DNA of 62,574 nt, the filler included, from Rhabdomonas costata (taxonomy: Eukaryota), in NCBI GenBank assembly GCA_019059605.1. It is 30 parts of 30 records of this genome, joined end to end, with 100 filler letters (N's around TTAATTAATTAA, not from the genome) between each part and the next. Parts side by side here need not be neighbours in the genome. Positions count along the whole stretch, not along the records: positions 25,079 to 27,068 come from JAHMHO010006671.1; positions 27,169 to 29,157 come from JAHMHO010006672.1; positions 29,258 to 31,246 come from JAHMHO010006673.1; positions 31,347 to 33,330 come from JAHMHO010006674.1; positions 33,431 to 35,419 come from JAHMHO010006675.1; positions 35,520 to 37,508 come from JAHMHO010006676.1; 24 more parts are not named here. One strand, 5' to 3'. Below, one piece after another: positions 25,962-37,501 of the stretch (its first letter is position 1; each line of letters starts with the position of its first letter). The notes beneath the pieces were generated by a model, which made no database searches, was not told where the DNA came from, and saw only the letters and a program-made list of their open reading frames with translations. A program made the translations under genes and the position numbers.

Positions 25962-26082
25962 TGTGTGACCCGGTGATCGGGGACCAGGGCAGGCTGTACG
26001 TCCCGGAGGAGGTGGTTGGCGTATACCGAGACAGACTCCTGGGGCTGGCCCTCATCGCCACACCGAACCAGTTTGAGGCGGA
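25962..26082 (+). CDS. PDXK: Pyridoxal kinase, single internal exon
   Basis: Encodes (V)[23 protein letters not shown]...[10 protein letters not shown], carrying the DPVxGD and TPNQFEAE signatures. Bounded by CAG and GTAATG. Confidence 0.92.
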
Positions 26083-29000
26083 GTAATGCAAACCCTCCCC
26101 CCCACATACCCAGTTAAACGCAAGCACTCACTCACCTTGAACCCCAGGTATGAAAGGTTTTGAGAAGCAGCCTCCGACGGCAGCAGTGATTTTTGCAGTG
26201 ATCAGGTATCCACTCACAGCTCTTCCAATGAGTCTGTCACTGTTCCCCTCAAAAACTGCAGATGTCAATGGGCTTTTCTTCGTGTTTGAGAATCGCATGC
26301 CCAATTGCAAGAGGGCGAAAACGAGTGGTTGCTTAGAGCGTCTATATGACGGTGTTGCCATCCTGTTGGGATTCGCAGATCAGGTTCTGGAATGAAAATA
26401 ACCTTTAGGGATGCGAGCAACATCCACTCACTGCAATATTCTATAGAGGGGAAAGGGGGTGATTTGGACTGAACCTGCGAATTCGCTCGGTCGTGGGGTC
26501 CAGGCCTTTTTTTGGCCGATAGACAGCCCCAAAGCAGGTATAAAAACGTTTTAAGAAATCACAGGTTTTTGTGAATCCAAATGAAGTAAGACGCTAGACG
26601 CTCCAAGCAGGAAGAGGGAGAAGGGTGAGGGAGTACTTTGTCGCAACTGTCTGTGATTCTGTGCGGTGTCAAATGTTGAGGCCAAGTGGATACATAGTGC
26701 TGAGGCGCTGATTTTCGTGTCTATGATTGTACGTGTTGCAATGCTTTCGCTTTAGAGTGCTCAGTTCCGTCCGGATCACGTGCATTGAGGACTCTATCAG
26801 AGCCATGGACTGGTTCCATGACAGAGGAGTTCGCCACGGTCTTTTCTCCTGTGCTGTGTCCTTTGCTTTTTGACCTCCCTTCGGACCTCTGGGTGGAGGT
26901 TACTAATTTGTCAAGTGTTGTTTCCTAGCGGAAACAACCCTTTTTGTTTTTCAGGGTGGGAATGGAAACAGCACAACGGCCAGAACCACGTGAGTCCACG
27001 GGAAACAGTTGCGCGTGCCACACAAACAAAAAAGTGAATCTAGAATGCGGTAGGTGGAAAAACAACAANNNNNNNNNNNNNNNNNNNNNNNNNNNNNNNN
27101 NNNNNNNNNNNNTTAATTAATTAANNNNNNNNNNNNNNNNNNNNNNNNNNNNNNNNNNNNNNNNNNNNGTGTTTGTTGTTTCATTGTCGCTGTTGTTCAG
27201 GTTTTGTTTTGGTGGGAGATAATACGAGTATTCCAGTTCTGCAAATCCGACTTTTTGAGGGCTTCAAAGCAGCTTTTCAAAACAGGAAACTGCCGTTTTT
27301 GCCCATTTTCGGGAGTATTTTGAGCTGTAGTAAGAATGCGATTTTTTCCTGCCTGCCAGATTCTGCACATTGTGTTTCGAGTAGCGTCGCCACGAGCTCT
27401 GTGATGAGTTTGCACACCTGGTGGGTGCATTGATGACTCAATTTCCAAAAAAAAAAAAAGGTACATTATTCTTAGAAAGGAAGGAAGGAAGGAAGGAAAA
27501 GAAAATCTGTTTTTTTTTGGGGGGGGGGAATCGTTTCTTATTTCGAAATGTTCAAGGAGAATTGAGTTTTTCTGAAACAATGGATACTTCTAGACATTCT
27601 TAGAGTTTGGTTAGAAGCGGTTCCTAATCGTTGAGGCGAAGGCGCAAAGCCCGATTCCTTGTACATTTTAGGCCGGGTGCTGTTGTTTTTGGAAGTGTTG
27701 ATCACTTCTAACCACTGGTGTCATGTTTGCCAACAGTTGTCGCTTGATAATGTCGACGAAAAAGGGGGAGCGCGTAGAACCTTATGCCGCAGAATACCAC
27801 AACCAGTGGTTATCATGATTATCACTGTCTCACCACCCCAAGTGTCACACTAATAATTGGACGGAGGGATTTCGCACTGATGGTTGGTGCACTTTTTTCA
27901 TCTCACACTCTGTTTGTGATCGGGTCATCATATCCCACGTGGAAAGCGTTGGTTTTTCAGGGTGCGCTGTTCTTATTATGTGACTTTAAAGAAAGGCTCA
28001 CTGTCTTTTCGAGTTCGCTTTCAATTGTTTGTATTGACGTCTACATACGTTTTTGCCTTGGCTTGTAAAAGCAAGCGGGGTGTTAGCTCACTTCTATCCC
28101 CCCATCCCAACCTTTATGAAACAAAGGCAGGTAGTGGAGTTCAAGCCCAGCTTCCCCCTTTAGAGAAAACTTGCATGTGCAAGAATTGTTTCAAGACCAA
28201 AATATATCGAAGTACTTTCGATGCTTTGGATGGTGAGTATCATAGCGCAATCCTGTTGTGTACACGACCAAAAGGACTTTTTATGAAGGGCGCGTCTGCT
28301 CTCTTTTCCTCGGATAATCAACTATCGTTCGAAATTCCCGGGAAATTCCACCCGGATCAGACTCTTTTATCTCCTTCTCATTAGTCTTCACTGGAAATTC
28401 CACATGGAGGTCAGGACGTACTCGGATTTTGTCCCTCTGAGATCTCCCCAGGCTCATCATTTCCGGCACTTACCCGACTCCAGCTTGTGCGCCAGCCCCG
28501 AAAAGAGCCCCTTGCTCCTCGTGTCCTCAGAAACGGTGTGTTGTTTCAGCTGAGGATTAGGTGTTCTGCTCTTTTGTCATTGCTCTCGGCCGATGAAAAA
28601 CATGCCGATATGAAATTTACTGCCGAATCGTAATGGTAAGTTTGGTACTCAATGCGGTGATGTAAATATGCGGCGTGGGGTGCTCTGCACCAGAAGGATG
28701 CGACACGTTCCCCCGGGATTTAAAAAAACGGATGGCTTGCGAAATGCTTCGGTTTGTGTTCAGAATGGAACGCGGTGACTGGGGATGGTTAAGGTTATGT
28801 CACGGAATGAGCGTATCGAATGCGGTAGGAGGTGGCGCGTAGGCGTAGGCGTAGCGACCTAGTAAACAGAGTAGGGAATGGGGTATCAAGCATCTTCTTC
28901 CTCTTCAACGGTACATATAGGGAGGTAGAGCGCGGCGACACCGACCAGCAAAACAGGCATTTTTACCATCATTATACCATCACCACAACATCACCACCCA

Positions 29001-29257
29001 TCACCACGCAGCGTGCGAGGGACCGAGCATGCGGAGTAAGCGATACATCCAGGGAGCATACGGAACATCAGCGGAGGATGCGACCAGCAGAGTCTCGGAT
29101 CCCCAAGAAATCGGCACCCACACCATATACCCTTACACCAGGAATTCACCACCACACNNNNNNNNNNNNNNNNNNNNNNNNNNNNNNNNNNNNNNNNNNN
29201 NTTAATTAATTAANNNNNNNNNNNNNNNNNNNNNNNNNNNNNNNNNNNNNNNNNNNN

Positions 29258-30633
29258 GCTGCTGAAGGAACGAAGGACTGGGACGGCGACCGTGCCCCAG
29301 AGGGGTACCACCCATCCTCGAAGTACTGCTTCACTAGCACCGCCGTGCCAGCGGCCAAGGGACAGGCCATCGACGTTCCTGACTTTGCCTCCGTCTCGCA
29401 CTTGGGTTCCCCGGAGACCCCTCCACTGCGAGCGGAGATCACGGGGTCCCCGGGCGCAATCACGTCGGGCTTCAGCCTCCCGTCCCAAGTCGGGCCACGG
29501 CCGTTAAAGACGGCGAGAATTTGCCTTCGGTTGATATCGTTCTCGCTTGCCCCCACGGTGAGGGGATTCTTGGCGCTTCCGGGGGAAAGGAGGCCAGCCC
29601 CGCGGGTGTTTCCAGCGGAAACCACAATTAGGAACTGCTGGTTGTTGTACATGAAGAGGTCGGGCTCGCGGTCGGTCTCGACATAGGTATGAGACACCAC
29701 GCTACCAAAGGAGTTGCTGGAAATACTCGCTCCAAGCTCCATTGCAGGGCGGAAGTAATAGTCAAAGTCGGAGGGGATGAAGATCTCCTGTGGTGAACGA
29801 AAGGACAATCTGCTGTCAAACAAGCAGTGGATTAATGACTGACCAAACTCGAAATAAAAAGGGTTTAAAACGGACAATAATCCTTCACTCGTAAGCCTTT
29901 TCCCCGCCGGTCAGTTTTGGGCTCATAAAGTGCAGGGCCGGGAGGGGCATACTACCATAATAGTTTCCAATCCATTGACGTTGACCATATGGGTGCAAAA
30001 TGGGTGCAAAATGGGTTCGAAAAGCTTTTTTTTTTGGAGAAAACAGGTAAAATGGGCCAAAAAGGTTGAAACAGGCAAAGAAAACGAGCCTAAAAATGGC
30101 CAGGCGCCATCGTAGGTGGAATATTTTCGCATCGATTCATGGTAATCAATCATAATAGGGAGGAAAGAGGACCTGACAAACCTTTGAATGCGAGAAGGTG
30201 AATTATTGTCCAGTTGTTTTCGCAGTGATGGTGCCTTTTAAATCGAGTTTTGTCGACTATTTTCATAAAAGATCCCCTGTAGGACGCAATCAATCGATAA
30301 CATGCAAGCGGCCTTGCCCTGTTTAACCTACTTTTTTCTAAGACCTTTTTTCAAACGAAAACGTGCTCCATCTTAATCCAGCATACTGCATCTGGCTGCA
30401 TCGCAAACCTGGCTGGTTGGAGAGGACAGGTCTGAGAAGATAAGCTTCGCCCCATGGGCCATTCCGTTGAAGGCTTCCCCACCACTGACGCTGGCCCCTG
30501 TGGCCGAGCCAGCGACATGGGTGCCATGGAAGCCCACCCCATCCCCGTGATCCCGGTTGCCGTTCTCGTCGAGGAACTCCACGTAGGAGTAAACTTTGCG
30601 GTGCGAGGGGTTCGTCTTAGGATAGAACGCCAC
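29258..30633 (-). CDS. Subtilisin-like serine protease (S8, KP-43/TagA-like subgroup), partial; 2 exons
   Basis: Exons are 30633-30409 (HGTHVAGS, catalytic His) and 29787-29258 (SAGN; AKNPLTVGA; GPTWDGRLKPDVIAPG; SGTSMACP, catalytic Ser). Confidence 0.95.
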
Positions 30634-32896
30634 CTTTGCAAGAATAAGTTCAGGATCGCAGAAACCAAACAAAAGCAGTGAGGGATCGCAGAAACCAAAC
30701 AAAAGCAGTAAAGCAGTTGTCGGGGCTCAGGGACATAGCTTCCGTGAGCTGCACCTCATACGCAATTCTACTTAAGCGCTAAATGGTCCCATAACCACCC
30801 ATCCAACATTTGGAAGCGGAGGTATCCCTCCATTGTTCCATCTCCATTAGAGCAGTAGATCAAGCGAGCAAGAAAGTTTCGCAGTAACGCTCCTGATTCG
30901 CTTGATATGCGGGTGTGTAGGTTATGAACGTAGAGAAAAACAAACACGTAGCAATGAGGCGATCCCAAGAAACCAAAGCAACGCCCAATAGGGGAATGCC
31001 AGAAAATGACTACAAAAACAGTAGTACAAAAACAACATGAAAAACGAAAGACAACCGAATTAAACAGAGACAACATTCTTGGAACGCAACCAGACGCATA
31101 CAACAACAGAGCATGCCCACACAAACGGGGTGTCAACATTTTTACCAAAAACAAAAATTTGTGTTCGTAAACTGTGACGTCCTCATTCGAAAGGAGTGCG
31201 TAGCCTGGACCTGAAATAAAGTATTTCACCCTAACAAAAAAAACCCNNNNNNNNNNNNNNNNNNNNNNNNNNNNNNNNNNNNNNNNNNNNTTAATTAATT
31301 AANNNNNNNNNNNNNNNNNNNNNNNNNNNNNNNNNNNNNNNNNNNNGTTGGTGGTTGCAGAGCTGCGGAGAAGGCTTTCTGGGCTGAGGAGGGAGATCCC
31401 TTTCGCTGCTGTGGCACCGGCAATGGTTGTGGGCTTTTCTTGTTCCGCACCTCGTTTTGCTTTTTGGTAAAGGATGTTGTGACAGTCGGGGTAACATCAA
31501 AATGGTTGGGTTTTGTCGCTTGGCATGCTTACCCCACCGCACTGGGTTTGTCGAGACTGTTTTAGCTGAAAAAGAACGCCCGGTTTGCGCGATCACGCTT
31601 CCTATTTCAGTCGACCTTTTTTTTCACTGAAGACGTGATAATCTTGACCTCTTTTTCATGTATGCTGTTTCCTGTTTGCAGGGCAGCCCACGTGAGCGAT
31701 GAGGGGATCTTGCAAAAGCTAAACCCCGCAGCCGGAGACGGTGGAGACGATGATGCATCGTTGCCTACTCCGCAGTTATATGTCATCAACGTCAGCTTGC
31801 TCTGTGCACCGATCCCTTGTCAGCGGTGGGCGTGGGGTCAATGGAATCAACGATTGATCGATGATGAATAATCGGTGGAACAGCGAGGGGCGCACCAGTG
31901 AGACTGTACGTGGCTGCTAACGAGCGAGACTGTGCTGCATGTATGCTACAAAGCCTGAACGTGAACCTGAAATTCAACTTCGGAGACAATGCAGCACCCG
32001 TGCATGATGTTGGGACAAACGTGGATACTTCGGGTGGTGCCTCGCTCTCCATTCAGGGGTGCATTGTAAGGTGAGTTACATCCCGATTTCAATTTCGATT
32101 GTTACGAGTTTCCCATCGAAGTCCTGGGAACGCTATAAAATCACGCTAGGCTGTGCTTACGGTAGGGTGTGCTTGCGATATGTTTTATACGTTTTCATGC
32201 TACTGAGGCCAAAAAGCACGTGTTGTGAGTTTACTGTGTAGCGTGCTATATATTCTTTTGAGAAGCTCGTCACGGCACTGCGGCACGGGCACAAGAGTTC
32301 GTGAAGTTCGAAGAGTTCGTGCAACACAAAAAACATACGATTTACCAGAAGGAACGCGAAGGAACGCTACATATTCTTGATTTAAATTGCAACAGTGAGG
32401 TTCGAGCCACATCGTTGGTGACTCAGAGACCAGTGCGTCTTTCGGGGCCTTCTTTCAGGGCTTTTGGAGTTCATTAAAGTTTTATTACCCGCTTTAGTTT
32501 AAACGCCTGTTCCTCCGGCCTCCATTTATGCCCTGTTGACGATGATCATAGGCTCTGCTGACGATCGGTTTCAGGGACAATCTGTTATTGGCCACTGAAA
32601 TTCAAACTTTTTTCAGTCAGTTCGCGCCTCATCTCGGTCTCAAACAGGGCCTTTTTCAGAACAAGACAGAGAATTTTCGAGTGGTTCTGTTCTAAACTAA
32701 GCTAGCAGAACAAATGCGAGCCTATGTGTAGTGCGCAAGCACCTCATCTTCCGTGACCACTTTTCATGTGCCTTGCCCCAACACCCGCCGCTGCACTTGC
32801 CCTCTCCCAATTTCGCTCAGCGGTCGCTTTAGTTCGACTCCTGTGCCCTTCCCGCCCTCTCTGCGAAAAAGCTCCCTACCTCTTTACCAATCCTAA

Positions 32897-33043
32897 ATGG
32901 CCGGACACCACAGCCACGCTGCTAACATGGGAGGCCCCATCTTCGCGGCGCTGCAGATGCACCCCAACTGGAAGCTCTGGACCAAGAACACCAAGCTGTT
33001 TATCCGTGCCTGCACTCGCTTCGTGGTTGCCTTCCCCTTCATG
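32897..33043 (+). CDS. First exon of a hypothetical protein
   Basis: The ATG follows pyrimidine-rich sequence and encodes MAGHHSHAANMGGPIFAALQMHPNWKLWTKNTKLFIRACTRFVVAFPFM, then a GTGAGC donor. Codons are GC3-rich. Confidence 0.55.
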
Positions 33044-33470
33044 GTGAGCCTTACACCCACACACGCCTGTTATAAACACACGCAGACACGCATCTTAGGC
33101 ATTGCGGCTCCTCACCATCATGGCCACTAATGAAAATCTGCCCATCAGAGTCGGGGCGCAATTCCCTTTTCACATTATCCACCGCAATATGCGCTCAGAT
33201 CACACTTTGCTGCGTGGCGCAGTGTGTTGCGTGTTTCCTGTTCTGCACACCTGTGCGTTGCTTGCGCGTTGTCGCTGCGGCATTCGTGGTAGAACTCGAT
33301 GGGGAACGTGCGTATCCACCCCAAACCCCCNNNNNNNNNNNNNNNNNNNNNNNNNNNNNNNNNNNNNNNNNNNNTTAATTAATTAANNNNNNNNNNNNNN
33401 NNNNNNNNNNNNNNNNNNNNNNNNNNNNNNTCATGAACAAGCACGTGTGTCTGCGTCACGCGTGGCGTAC

Positions 33471-33688
33471 CTCACCCAGGCTCACGACAATCTCCTTCCG
33501 GTACGGCGTGCGGATCAAGATCGTCGGAAACCCCAGCTCCGCGGCGTCCCGGCCCAGCGCGCTCTCTCCATGGGTGGGCTTCAGGGTGGGCTCCAGCCAC
33601 AGCGCACCCAGCACAGTGCCATCCCGGGTGGGGATGCGCACCCCATTGTGCCTCGTGACGGTGCAAATGGAGGGGCCAAGACGTGTGC
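33471..33688 (-). CDS. CocE/NonD (peptidase S15) family hydrolase, N-terminal exon
   Basis: VRIPTRDGTVLGA...FPTILIRTPYRK matches the family motif V.vpmRDG..L......pTil.RTPY. Bounded by TTTAG and GTACGC. Confidence 0.8.
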
Positions 33689-34114
33689 CTAAAGATAGTA
33701 TCTCGGATGCCACGCTCATTGTTCGAAAACAAGAGCTATCTGCAGGAGGGATTAAAATGGTGCATAGGTGCAAGGAAAAAAGCGAGGTGCCATCAAAACA
33801 AAGTGATCACGTTCTTTCTCTGTACAGCTGGTAAAACAAGAAAAAAAAGACGTCTCCGGGCATCACTGTCCGGGAAATGGAAAGTGACTGGGGGGCAACT
33901 TACTTTCACAGCGAAGAGACTGCATTGGCAAAGCCTCGCATACAGTGCATTTCCGCATAGTGTGCCCCAGTGTTCAACTGCAGAGAGAATTCCACAAAGA
34001 GAACAGCAGAAAAGGTGTGCCGCCACCAAGCTGCGATCGTGCAAGTGTACAGAACACCGAAGAGACACACAAAACATGCACAACAGCATGCACTCTGCAC
34101 GGCGCGGCGGGTAC

Positions 34115-35419
34115 TCAGGAGGAGGAGGCGGGCCGCAGCACCACATTCCACTTTCCCTCGGAGGCTACCGTCCCCTCCTCGAAGGTGAACGCACTCCATG
34201 CGCCCTCAAAGGCGTCCCCGGCATCCACCACGAAGCCCAGCCCGTGGGTGGCACTCTCCTTCCAGAACCCCTCGTGGCGGTCTCCACCGCGGAAGTGCAT
34301 CACTCCAAAGCCGTGAGGGCGGCCGCGATGAAACGTCCCTTCGTACCGCAGCGGCCTCCGGCCATCCTCCGTGGTGGCCGTAACCGGTTCTTCAGACTCA
34401 GGGATCCCTTCCGTGCTGGGGCCAGCAAAGGTATACACACCCTTGCCTGTCAAGAGCGCAAACAAACTCTTTCACTCTAGTGCATTTTTTCTGGTGGTGA
34501 TCCTAAACCGTATGACGTTACACGGTCACAGGCATGAGTTGGCTTGAGTTCATCCATCCTTCCATCATCTCAGCGATCCCCAAAAACATCCAGTTTGGTA
34601 ACAAAAACCACAAAAATATGCGAAATTTCGCAAAAACTTTGTAAACATAATATGTTGTCCCTTAAGCATAGACATTCGTATTCTTACAACTGCCCTGCAT
34701 TGCAGGCACCCTTGTGACCGGTGAAGTGAGGTGTTTTCGCGAAATTACGGGAACATGGTTCTGAAAAGTCTAAAACAAACGGCCGAACTTAACACTGAGG
34801 ATAAAACCGAAGCAGGCCCCGGGGGGGGTCTTTCTATTCTAATACAATAGGCCTTCCGAAACGCTGTGTGACCTCTTTTCAAGATTTCAAGAAGAGGGAT
34901 ATAAAAACGTTCACAGCATTTTTTTACCCAACACACCTTCCATCATATCGTCCGCAAACTCGCCTTCGTAGTGGTCCCCGTTGGCAAGAAATAGCTCTCC
35001 ATGGCCATGCCGTCCCCCTGAAAATAAATAATGGGAGCAAACAGAAGAACGGTTCAGCGATAGGGACGGAAACTTCTTCATAGGAAGGAAGCGTAAAATT
35101 CACACCGAGGATGTCCCCGGCAGAGTCCCCCGCGGCTTCCCTTGACCACTCCCCAGTGTACTTGTCCCCATTAGGGTAGGCCACAGTGCCATGGCCCGTG
35201 CAAACACCCCGGACGGCAACCCCATCCTCGTATTGCTCCTCGCAGATGACTCCGCTGGGCTTGACGTGGGAGCCCCTCCCATGGCGCTTCCCAGCCTTCC
35301 ACTTCCCTTCCCAGCAATCGCCGTTGAGGTGGTGTAAGATGCCGTCGCCCTCGAAGAGATCATCCTGAAAGTGCCCCTCATAGCGCTCCCCGTTAGCGAA
35401 GCTGAGCCGCCCAACCCCC
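34115..35419 (-). CDS. MORN-repeat protein, C-terminal part; 3 exons
   Basis: Exons 35419-35106, 35017-34937 and 34446-34115 (TGA) carry repeated YEG.F..G..HG.G units. Confidence 0.92.
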
Positions 35420-35889
35420 NNNNNNNNNNNNNNNNNNNNNNNNNNNNNNNNNNNNNNNNNNNNTTAATTAATTAANNNNNNNNNNNNNNNNNNNNNNNNN
35501 NNNNNNNNNNNNNNNNNNNGACTGCAATATAGTAATATAATTGTGTCTTGATGGGACTGTGTTGCTGACAGGGTAAACTTTAAAGAGAAAATTATTCTGG
35601 GGTGGTCACGTCCTGGGAAGCAGGAACCTGCCCCACTGGCCCACAATCATGCTCTCTTCCCAATGGCTCTGATCACATATTGGCAGCGAATATATAAAAG
35701 CGATGGGGCTGGTCCCTCTGACGTTTCTGCCAAACAGCCTTTTTTGGGGGGTTCTTTGAGTTTTGTGTCGTCCACCGGTATTTTCTGTTTTGCTTTGGGC
35801 AGAAGGGCTCGCCCCTTCCCTTCCTCTCTCGGGAGGGGCCCAGTGAGCCAGAGCATTTGTGTGCGCCCGGCGTATGCCCGATGTCCCAG

Positions 35890-36069
35890 TCGCGGCGAGA
35901 TCCCTCCCTCAGCCGCACTGTGCACGTTGCCCCGCTGCACGCCACCATCAGCGAGGCAGTGTTCCGGGCCACCTTTGAACGGCTGTGTGGGCCGGTGCTA
36001 CGCGTAGCCCTGATCGATGGCCGCCAGAGCGGCCTGGTGGAGTTCAAGGACCGCCGCTCCACGGAGGAG
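35890..36069 (+). CDS. RRM-domain protein exon
   Basis: RTVHVAPLHATISEAVFRATFERLCGPV.RV...QSGLVEFKD shows RNP2- and RNP1-like motifs. The exon is 180 nt and AG/GT-bounded. Confidence 0.75.
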
Positions 36070-36423
36070 GTTCTGCTCTCTTTTTTCAAACAATGACCGT
36101 TCGAAGCTGTTGTACCATTCCCTCTCTCACTCCCTCGGGAAAATTACCACAAGGTTAGTTTGTTCTTGTGTTGTTGTTACCCGCTGAACCTCAGTGCACA
36201 ACCACAATTTATGACAGGCTACTAAGTGCTGTTAAAAGATACCTGGTAACACAAAGCAACGCTTAGTATGCCGGGTGATCTCGTCACGCGCGGGGGTATA
36301 CCTAAGCACACTAAACACAGTGTATTCCGGTAATCGACGCGCGCTATTCGATTTCAGAGGAAAATGCTTCCATTTTTACGCATGAGCCCGCTCACACCAC
36401 ACACACACACACAAGCCACACCG

Positions 36424-37133
36424 ACAATGTACACAGCCAACTTGTCCTCCGGCCGCTCCTCCACCGCCTTCTTCGCACTGGCCGTGCTAGGCGGCCGCTT
36501 TGACAAGCTCAGCGTCATACTCACCGGCAGGGTCAGGGCATTGGGATCCTGCAGGAGCGCCGAAGCCGCAGTGACGGGGGCGCCCGAGGACACCCGCACC
36601 ACGGAGACCACAGCGTCCCGCTCGAACATGACGCTGTCCACGCTTCCATCGGAGTTGTGCCGCAGCCCTTCTCCATGCTGTCCCCAAGAGAGTAATAGCG
36701 GTACAACGAGGGAGGGCTGCACACCGAAGTCAGGCTCCGCGTTCGGCAAACGTGAACAGACACTCCGGCAGCCGACTCAAGAGCAAGGCCAGATGACAAT
36801 AAAGAAGTCCCGTTGAGTTTTCACCGCATTTTCATCTCATCTGAGGTCTTTCTCGCATTCTTCCATGCAAATTGTTTGTTTGGTGCTGAACGCCAGCTAA
36901 TGCAAAAACGTATGTGCCGCAGTGCGGTTAAATGGGCAAAACTGAACAGTGTATATTCTGCGATGTGTTCCGGTGGGAGACATTCTGCACCCTGGCAAGT
37001 CGCAAAGGCCTCTCATGTTCATACGAGGGATGGAAAAAAACCTTCAGGTCTTCTTCCCACGTTCCCTCCAGGAAGGAGCCATCGGCGTAATAAAACGTTC
37101 CCGACCCATGCTTCTGGCCTTCTTTGAAACAAC
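36424..37133 (-). CDS. Second MORN-repeat protein, partial; 2 exons
   Basis: 37133-37042 (GCFKEGQKHGSGTFYYADGSFLEGTWEEDLK) splices to an exon starting at 36677 (HGEGLRHNSDGS...). The 3' limit is uncertain. Confidence 0.8.
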
Positions 37134-37393
37134 CTGCAAATGCCCCCAATCCCCACCCCGTTTACGCAGCTCTTGCATGGTGAACGAATGCGGCAAATAC
37201 TTTGGGGAATAAACCACAGAAAAGCGTATGAGAGGGTGAGTTTAGTAGTGTGCGGAGAACAACACGCAATGCAAAACCTCTAGGGCATCTGCTGAACCAC
37301 AAAGCCAAGTGAAGATGGAAGACAAGTGAACTGAGAGAAGCCAAGTAACATCAGATACCCGAGAGCCCAATAATTGCAAATTTTGTTTGTTCC

Positions 37394-37501
37394 TGTTTAC
37401 GCGAAGGAGTGAATGTTCACCCGCAGCTGCGCACCTTTGTAGACGTTCTCAACTGCAAAGGTGCGCAGCTGCGGGTGAACATTCACTCCTTCGCGTAAAC
37501 A
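37394..37501. repeat. Inverted repeat (46-bp arms, 16-nt loop) at a contig end
   Basis: 37394-37439 is the reverse complement of 37456-37501. Confidence 0.9.

Noticed and set aside
27169-29157. Contig with several short ORFs and a small palindrome near 28330
   Set aside because: No coding motif or repeat structure could be supported.
32395-32415. GGTTCGAGCC B-box-like motif (tRNA/SINE)
   Set aside because: No A-box or cloverleaf could be built.
34110-34120. In-frame TGA next to GTACCC suggesting stop-codon reassignment
   Set aside because: TGA terminates several other genes here, and no conserved position requires TGA read-through.
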